A stretch of 64,000 nt of DNA from Macrostomum lignano (taxonomy: Eukaryota), in assembly GCA_002269645.1 (NCBI GenBank), contig NIVC01000988.1, positions 124,001 to 188,000 of the forward strand. The letters run 5' to 3'. The notes under the pieces are model-generated. The model was not told the DNA's origin, did no database searches, and saw only the letters and a list, made by a program, of their open reading frames with translations. Below, piece after piece: positions 34,960 to 64,000 of this stretch. Positions within the stretch are counted from its first letter, which is position 1; each line of letters begins with the position of its first letter. The position numbers were made by a program, and so were the translations under genes.

Positions 34960-35974
34960 ACTCTTTTGAAAAGGGCGTTAAAGTGCTCTTGCCGAAAACG
35001 AACCCATTGCTAACTAAGATTTGTTGTGATTCAATCAAAGCTTCTTGGAAAATAATAAAACTCAATGAAATAAACTGTTTAAAACAGACACTTTGATTTT
35101 CAAAATTTCTGTCAGGGTTGACAGAATCATATCATTGTACTTTCATTATTTTACTTTTATTTTTCAACCTGAAATGTACATTTCAGTGCAAGTACACCAA
35201 CCTCTGATTATACGGGTAGAGATTTGCGAAAGTGAAAAATTCTTATAGTTCAGAGGCCTGCACATTTCCAAGCCAGCGGCCTCGTGCATTTTCTTATCTA
35301 CAACTGAAATGGTGTGATATCTAGACTTTGGGCTCGAAGGCTTCTTTTTAAAGCTCCTCTGTCTAAGAACAGTTTAAAATATCCAAATCTCTACGCAACT
35401 AAAAATTGTTTCATATTTAAACTGCGGACTGCTTCTTAAAGTGATGGACTTGGACGACTCGGATGCGGTAAGATCCACTTTGAGACAATAACATTTACTT
35501 TGTACTTCTGAATTGGTGAGGTGTTGGTTTGGGCCAAGATGAGTTCAAGCTGGAATGATCTGGCTTTTAGCAAGCTGGTAGAAACTGCACTTACAGAGTC
35601 TGACAGATTTTAAATGTCTTCTGCCAGTCGCGATTCTCGCTTTGCTGCAACATGAAGCAGATATATCTTTGATTCCTTAGATTTTCATGCAGAATAAAAG
35701 TGTTTTGCTGGAAGTCGAAATAAAATTATTACAATGATTAGTTAAAGCATTTTATTGATCTGCCTGCCAACCTGCTGCTAATAACACAATAAATCATAAG
35801 TATTACATATTACATGTAGACATATCGATATGTGCCTACATATCTAAGTACTTGCCAACTATCCTAACAAACTACTTTCCTAGCTAAAAAACTATAAAAC
35901 CAACCTGTCTACTAAAATTCTTACTTGTCTATATACAAACGTGCACCTAAATGTGCTTATCGCCATACCCACCA

Positions 35975-36375
35975 GCCTACCTACCTATATTTACATACCT
36001 TTCTACCTACCTACTTACCTACTTACCTACCTACCTACCTACCTACCTACCTACCTACCTACGTACCTACCTACCTACTTACCTACTTACCTACCTACTT
36101 ACCTACCTAATTACCTACCTAACTACCTACCTAACTACTTACCAACCTACCTACCTACCTAACTAACTACCTACCGGCCTACCTACCAACTTACCTACTT
36201 ACCTACCTTTCTGTTTATCCAGCTACCTACCTACTTACCTTCCTACCTACCTACTACCTACCTACCTACCTACCTACCTACCTACCTACCTACCTACCTA
36301 CCTACCTACCTACCTACTTACCTACTTACCTACCTACCTACCTACTTACCTACTTACCTACTTACCTACCTACCT
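35975..36375. repeat. (TACC)n microsatellite
   Basis: Tetranucleotide array ending just before the acceptor at 36387-36388. Confidence 0.92.
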
Positions 36376-36388
36376 TTCTGTTTACTAG

Positions 36389-46591
<10,203 letters not shown>

Positions 46592-48009
46592 TAGACTCAT
46601 TCGGACAGATTCGTAAAAGGAAGACAAAACAACAGAGTCCACTTAATGATACCCGGAGTGCCTGCCCATGTGCAGAGCTGTTCATCTTCATCCCTCATTG
46701 CCCGACTCTTGTCCATATCAACAGTTTGCAATAATACGGGCTTTCTAAACAATAATTCTGAGCTTCTCTGAGCTGCGCCTATTGAAAATAAGCATATCAG
46801 CAGCTCTAGCGAACGCCTTTTGTACCTGCTGGGGACTTTTTGAACTTTACGTATAATATGATAAATTATTTGCCATGTTAATAGGATCATAATTTCGTAA
46901 CTACGGGAGTTTTTGATGGTGCAGATTTCAAAGTCAAGCTTCATTTCTTGGTAGCTTAAAGCCAACTACAGGGCTGCAGGGCATGGGGAATGGGGGGGGG
47001 AGGTTAAGGTGGGGAGATTCTTCATGCGAATTGATGTCTATTGCAGTTCAGGTATAAAAATTCTTACACCTCGAGGGGGTATAGCCGACCAAGAGGTCCA
47101 TGGCCAAGAACTGGTCCTAGGCCTAGGGCGTGGGGATCATGGGGGGTTTAGGTATCCTTAGTGTATCCTTAATAGACTTTCATTTAATCTTTTCGTTTCT
47201 AAAAATTATTTCTTTTTTAATACATTTCTCGCAGAAATTTTGAAGATTTTTTGTTTTTAAAATCATTTTGCACACCACCTGAGTGCCTGATGAAAGTTTC
47301 AAAAAACGGAAAATTGAAAGTATTTTTCTAAACCTAGCAATTTTTCTGCTCAGAATTGATTTTAGAATGCCCAAAAATTCTATTCTTTACTTTGCATCCG
47401 CGCCAAACAAATTTGTTAACTCTAATTCACCCGACTGTATAACTTTACGGTATGGTAAACAAATCTCATTTTCAAATAAAGAAGAATGACGCAAATGCTC
47501 CCTTGAAATGATGGTAAGCACATCTCGACAGCGACTCAAACTCTATCATTTAGAATAGAAAAATTTTCAGAGAGCTCTCTCTGTTCCAATGTACGGTCTC
47601 AATATTGCTGTAGCAATTCTCTAGCTAGTCGCATTGCAGAGATTCTGAACGTGGGACGTGCACAGCGCAGAAGCCGCATTAATCTGCTGCTCGCTACTTT
47701 GCATCCAAGCATCTCCGCGCGCTAGCCAGCTACTGAGCCCGAAGGCGTTAAGGCATCCAGCACAGAGAGACGGAACTTCAGAAGCTAATATTCCTGTGCG
47801 CCAAGAGCTCCAAGCATAACAACACGAATAATTTTGGATGTCTGGCCGAAAAAAAATCGCTACAGAAATGAATTGTCTCCGCCTATGTACACCCATGCTT
47901 CAGCTATTCCTCCAGCAAAGATGAGCGAACAGCTGCATGCTGGGGTTATGCGGGAAAGCTTTGAATAGAAAGAGAAATTCATATCTAGGTCAAAAAGTGA
48001 TCACAATAG

Positions 48010-48579
<570 letters not shown>

Positions 48580-50230
48580 GTCATTTAGTTAGTTAGTGAC
48601 AAACCGAATAAGCCGTGGTTAGATAGTAGTTTTCTATTTTTACACCATATGAATGTCTGTAGGCGAGACAGCTGTCGCAATCAAGACAGGTCAGAAATGA
48701 GTAAGGGTGTTCGCATGCTGCATGCACACGCTGCGACGACAACAGTAACTTTGCAGCAGGCCGCAGACCTCAGAAACAAGATAGTCATTAACTCTGGGAG
48801 AATCTCGCACTTCATTTCGGCTTAGTTCTGTCTCAAATTATAATAAACCAGCCGTGTAAATTCAGCTGCAGCGGGGTCCCGGCAGCTGAAATAGGCGCCG
48901 CTGTCAGCAGGAACGGCGGTGAACCCCCGCTTGCACTGAACGAATCCAGTTTCGACTTGTCGGCTCCCCGTTCCTTCCGCCTTCTCTTCCAGAGCTGACC
49001 TTTCGTCTGCAAAGCAATCTTCACTAATGAATTTCGGCCTTGTATTGCCCTCTTGTGTCCAGAGTTTTCATTCATCAGTGTGTCTTATCAATCGCTACCT
49101 TACCTACCATGTACCTGCCGCGCACTTGCCGCGCAGGTGTCGTATTGCAGAAACGCGCGGATTTCAATTTGTGACGGTAAATCCCTTGGCAACCAGTTGG
49201 GAAGCTGTGCAAAGCTATTTTATGTCAAAACACAGTCAAGAACAGGAATCACGAGGGTTGGATAATTACGGCGGCTGACTGTTGTCTAGATAGGAGTAAT
49301 TAAAAAAGCAAGGAGGGAGGAGTGGTTATAAATAAATAAATCAGTGAACCAATTAGTCAGAAATAATTAATTAAATTAATCTTTTAGGCCTTTCTCAAAC
49401 CAGATTTACGAAGCATTCATCGATTCGATTACGATTTAGAAGTAGTTTTACTTACTGAGCCGGTCTCATTGAGATTAATAGCTATCACTCAATAAATCAA
49501 TTAATTATAAAATAATCAGGTAGGTAGTCCATTAAATGTGTCAACAAAAAAACAAAAAGGTACAGACTGTGGAAATAAAACACATTAGATTGGTTTCATT
49601 TTATGTCAATCTACGAGACCATCTCACAGCCATGTAGGAATTAGAACTATTTTACAATTACCTGTATGTAAGAGAAATTTTCTACACCTTGTAAAAGAAG
49701 TTTTGTTTCGTCTTCTTTCAAAATTAGATTTAAATAAATGAGAAATACTGCAATGAATAATTGTCCTGTAGGTAATTAGTTACCAAAGAGAAATCGTCAA
49801 AAACTTGAATTCATTAAGAATTGGCTTTTTTAAAAGCCTTCTATAACGACAATAATTACAGCTGGAATTTTAGGCTCGAGCATTTAATTGTCGCGACGAG
49901 AGTGGATTGAAATTCTGTCTGGGCTTGAGTTATAAATATTGTATCCAAGTCTTTATATTTATTATAAAGATTTACAATTTTTATGAATACAATGGCTATT
50001 CGGCTTCCTATAAAGTCTTACCCCTCACTGTTCTCAGCTCTTCCTGTTCAACATCCTGCCTTAGGTGAGCACTCTCTTAGGTCTCGGCCTGTCCCTACTC
50101 GTATTGAGCAGTTTTTTAAGCTATCTTGGATCGAACCAGTAAACAAGAGCTTGGATTCGCATTGGCTGACTCAACACTTGATAATTCCTGCAAAGATTAG
50201 GAATAATCGCGCGCAATTTCGAGGCCAACA

Positions 50231-50680
50231 ATGTCCAACTACCAGCTGAGACGGTCCTGCCTAGCAACCGTAGCTCTGGTCCGGCCGGGACACCCGGCCA
50301 CCTTCACCGCCGAGCTGCGACTGTTTCAAGCCGTTCAGCCGCAGGCAAGAGACGGCGAGATACCCGACGGCTACCTGACCATCTGCAGCCTGGTGGAGGA
50401 CAGGCAGGGCCGAAACCGGCACTCGCTCTGCTGCCTGCCGCTGGACTGTCTGGCAGCAGTGCCGCTGGGAGGACTGAAGCTCCGGCTGCGGTGCCGAAGT
50501 CAGGGCGGACGCGAAAGAGGAGCCGCTGCTGTTGCCGCTGGAGATGGCAGCGACCTGTGCAGCGGATGCTCGTGCATGATCGTCACATTCCGTCATGACT
50601 CTGAGCTGTCGGCCTGGTGCAGCCTGCTGCTCGGAGTGACTGCACTGGCCATCGAGAACGAGGAAAGCGACGAAGCCTGA
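50231..50680 (+). CDS. Orphan 149-aa ORF, possibly PH-like fold
   Basis: GC-rich island in AT-rich flanks. Beta-strand-like segments end in MIVTFRHDSELSAWCSLL, resembling a PH C-terminal helix with conserved Trp. Could be a terminal exon rather than a whole gene. Confidence 0.55.
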   Translation: MSNYQLRRSCLATVALVRPGHPATFTAELRLFQAVQPQARDGEIPDGYLTICSLVEDRQGRNRHSLCCLPLDCLAAVPLGGLKLRLRCRSQGGRERGAAAVAAGDGSDLCSGCSCMIVTFRHDSELSAWCSLLLGVTALAIENEESDEA

Positions 50681-51407
50681 GCCTAAAAGAAAAAACCGTG
50701 TTGCTCACTTTTTTCATTTAACAATAATGTGTTTGTTGTGAAGTGGCTTCACCGTTAAGTGCACGATTCTTTGGTGACTGCATCAGTTAATCCCGTGTGT
50801 CCAAGTCGAAACGTTTCGTGCTGACTTGATTGCCGCTTAGAATATTTTAAAAGAATAGAAAAAAGGCGATATTGAATTTTTAAGTCTTTAAATTGAATTC
50901 AAACTCGCGCCAACTTCGGTCATTGTTAAATGATCCATAGCTAAGCATCTTTAATTGCGAAGTATTTATTCTTGAAAAGAATCTTACTTCTAAAATTTAA
51001 AATTAGTTGTAAATAAGATTTTAAAAATTTTAGGTCTCTCAGCAATTTCCGCGACTTAGTTTGAAATTGAAATTTAATTTAATTTTAAAAAACGATTCAA
51101 ATATCAAATGACCAGATGACCGGAAAGTTTTAAGACAATTAACCCCTTAATTAACTTTTTGTCTTGCTATTTTATGACCCATGCGACCTAAAAAAATTTT
51201 CTAACGAAAATTTAATTGCTCCTTTGCTTTTGTAAGGTTCATGTCGCATACTTTTGTTATATTGGTGCCAGTAAATACAACAGACATCATCAGTGTATGC
51301 TGTGAGAAAAGCTATTAAACCTATATTCCGAAACTTTCCTGGTCCGCTAAACGCATATTGGAGCCGTGCCTCTGTGACTCCAATATCCTACCCCTACCTC
51401 CGCGACC

Positions 51408-51985
51408 TGGTGCTGGCGCCCCTGGTGCTGGCGCCCCTGGTGCTGGCGCCCCTGGTGCTGGCGCCCCTGGTGCTGGCGCCCCTGGTGCTGGCGCCCCGGT
51501 GCTGGCGCCCCTGGTGCTGGCGCCCCTGGTGCTGGCGCCCCTGGTGCTGGCGCCCCTGGTGCTGGCGCCCCTGGTGCTGGCGCCCCTGGTGCTGGCGCCC
51601 CTGGTGCTGGCGCCCCTGCTGCTGAAGCCCCTGCTGCTGAAGCCCCTGGTGCTGAAGCCCCTGCTGCTGAAGCCCCTGCTGCTGAAGCCCCTTGTGCTGA
51701 AGCCCCTGCTGCTGAAGCCCCTGCTGCTGAAGCCCCTGGTGCTGAAGCCCCTGCTGCTGAAGCCCCTGGTGCTGAAGCCCCTGCTGCTGAAGCCCCTGGT
51801 GCTGAAGCCACTGGTGCTGGCGCCCCTGCTGCTGAAGCCCCTTATGCTAAAGCCCCTGGTGCTAAAGACCCTGGTGCTAAAGACCCTGGTGCTAAAGACC
51901 CTCGTGCTAAAGACACTGGTGCTAAAGACCCTGGTGCTAAAGACCCTCGTGCTAAAGACCCTGGTGCTAAAGACCCTGGTGTTTT
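51408..51985. repeat. 15-bp minisatellite
   Basis: Units change along the array from ccctggtgctggcgc to ccctggtgctgaagc to ccctggtgctaaaga. Confidence 0.92.
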
Positions 51986-52599
51986 AAACTGTAAAAATTT
52001 GCATTGCGAAAATTATTTCCATTTACGAGTTCAAGCAATCAAGGCTACTTTAAGTAGCATTCAGTGGGTAAAGTATTTTAAATGAAAATGACAACTGTCA
52101 TTGCGGATAAACACAGCCCGAATTCTATTGCCCAAGCATTTTGCTTAAATTGACAGAATTTTCAAATATTTGACGGCTAAATATCCGCGTGTCAATCATT
52201 CCGTCGACTCGAAAAAGCGTTGATAAGAATTCTTCTATAGTTTTATGCACGCAGATTGTTTCATTTCCGGAGTAAAGTGACAGATACGAAAACTGAAATT
52301 TCGAATCTCAAAAATGATTCTTTTTTAGATCCCTGATGAAGCTCGATCGTTATGCGTGATGGCAAAAAACTGCAAAAATTTTGCAGAGGTGAATAATTTC
52401 CAGAAGTAAAGCTTCGATATGTATCGATAACAGTTTTTGTCTTGGTTCTTCTTGGTTCTTGATATCGATAGATCGCATTAGGTTAATTCCTAACTTAAGA
52501 ATAGACTCTAAAATAGTGATTGTTTGTAGGAAGGCTGTCGGCTCTCAGGGGACATTGTCTCACAACCAGCGCTGAGTTCGCTGCGAGTTCTGCCCATTG

Positions 52600-52830
52600 C
52601 GCTGACTCTTCGTTTCTCAGAAGTTCTCAGAACTGAAGTTTTGACAAGATCTGCACGTTTTGCAGATTTGACAAGACCGAGCAGGCACAGATGAAGTGCT
52701 CAGCATCCTCAACACCGGAGAGGCAGAATAAGAATTCCTCACTGCGGATTTTTCCTCTGGAGGTAGCGACGCCAGGATGTCCCACAGGTACCACAGGTAT
52801 GCTGAGTTGAGCATCTGAGAAAGCCTGAAC
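52600..52830 (-). mobile_element. Decayed 3' fragment of a related non-LTR retrotransposon
   Basis: Minus frame VGHPGVATSRGKIRSEEFLFCLSGVEDAEHFICACSVL aligns by eye with SGHGCFSRHRFLQGQVPEERCPFCRSGSENAEHFICHCPVF of the intact element. Confidence 0.55.
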
Positions 52831-53463
52831 TCCAACACTCAGTCTGGCCTTCCATCATTCATCAGAGAGAGAGAGAAAAAATTGGGTAAAAGAAGGCAAA
52901 AAAGCAGGGAAGCTGGCTGGCCAAGCCGAGACCAAACAGGGGCGGATGGAAATTGCCTTGGGCCTGACCCAGTCCTGGACTCTCTTGTACCTGTCACTCG
53001 AGGCCCGAGTCCAGGAGGCACAGTCAGTCAGCCAGGCCTTGTTTGCTCAGCCAAAACTGGAACTTCTGGAGGTCCGATTGCCATTATTGTGGGCTTTTGG
53101 GGCAGATTGAGACGGCTACGGACCCGCAGGCGGTAAAAGTCAGCCACGCCCATTCTGCTGACCTCTGAGCTATGTAGGTTTTTGCCATAGACTAATTCAA
53201 TCGAGAGAAAACACACTACAGCTGACAGTTACGGCTGTAAATTCACTGGACCTTTGCTGGCTTGTCTGGTCTCCGCTAACGGTAGGCGCGAGCCATAGAC
53301 AACTCATTGTCACGTGCTGCGACCGCTGATTCTTTCATTGTTTTTCTGGTTGACGATCCTTACAAACAATGCATTGTTTGTAGTAATGCATTGTTCTGCA
53401 TAAAATGTGCAGCACATCTCACTTTTGCAAAACTTTTCTTTCGTTGTTTCCAAACTCTAGGCT

Positions 53464-53464
<1 letters not shown>

Positions 53465-53522
<58 letters not shown>
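53465..53522. repeat. (CT)n microsatellite upstream of the RBMS-like gene
   Basis: Dinucleotide run. Confidence 0.9.
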
Positions 53523-53524
<2 letters not shown>

Positions 53525-53951
53525 GTCTCTCGCTTCGACTCTCTTTAGCAGAACTTCACTAACCAGTGCGGCTGCCGACCCAACGAATCTTAATCCTTCA
53601 ATCTGTTTGCTCTCCCTCTACTCTCTCTCTTCTCCCTTCCCCCCTCTGACTGAACGCGTTTAGGGTTGCAGCGGGGCCCCCTGATTTTCCGTTGTGAGCA
53701 GCTTGAGTACCCGCCCGCCCTCTGCACCCAACCCCCCCCCCCAGCCAACCCACTCGGCGTTTAATTTCCCCGCACAAATCCCAGCCGGCAGTTGCAGCTG
53801 CAGTCAGAAACATTTGGACAGAAATTGGCTACATTTCTGCAGCCGAGGAGGCAACAGCTAAGGCTCGTAACCGGAACTGCCAAGTGTCGGATAGCTCTGC
53901 CGTCTTTGAAGGCTTGATCTGCTCAGCTTGTCCCCACCTTGCTTATTGGTC

Positions 53952-64000
<10,049 letters not shown>

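Noticed and set aside
51293-51987. Collagen- or elastin-like GAGAP and APGAP ORFs
   Set aside because: Translations of a 15-bp minisatellite that also occurs at 24120-24505; no splice or domain support.
52617-52838. 73-aa ORF with CQICKTCRSC as a possible zinc or heme-binding protein
   Set aside because: A different frame of the same DNA matches the LINE C-terminal knuckle, which explains the region better.

Overview
Eukaryotic, intron- and simple-repeat-rich animal DNA with GT-AG introns and polyQ/polyA-rich proteins. The style suggests a flatworm such as Macrostomum, which is inference only. Genes, left to right: a complete 17-exon RasGRF gene (+, 312-11550); single-exon ZC3H10 (+); an intronless RIMS-binding-protein-like gene with coiled coil, 28-aa repeats, one FN3 and one SH3 (-); a compact candidate neuropeptide/prohormone gene (+); a STRA6-like receptor with at least 14 exons (+); an orphan PH-like ORF (+); and an RBMS/shep-like double-RRM gene running off the right end (+). 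Between 14 and 22 kb is a nested transposon stack: a Crypton-like tyrosine-recombinase relic, a TA-flanked foldback element with ~145-bp arms, and a full-length 5.8-kb RNase H-bearing non-LTR retrotransposon (LOA/R1-like) inserted in one arm with a 13-bp target-site duplication. The most unusual structure is in the RBMS-like gene: kilobase-scale (TATC)n and (GATA)n arrays in opposite orientation bracket two RRM1 exons totalling 294 nt (phase 0 to phase 0), a geometry predicted to favour back-splicing or in-frame skipping. All family assignments come from motif recognition by eye; no searches were run.
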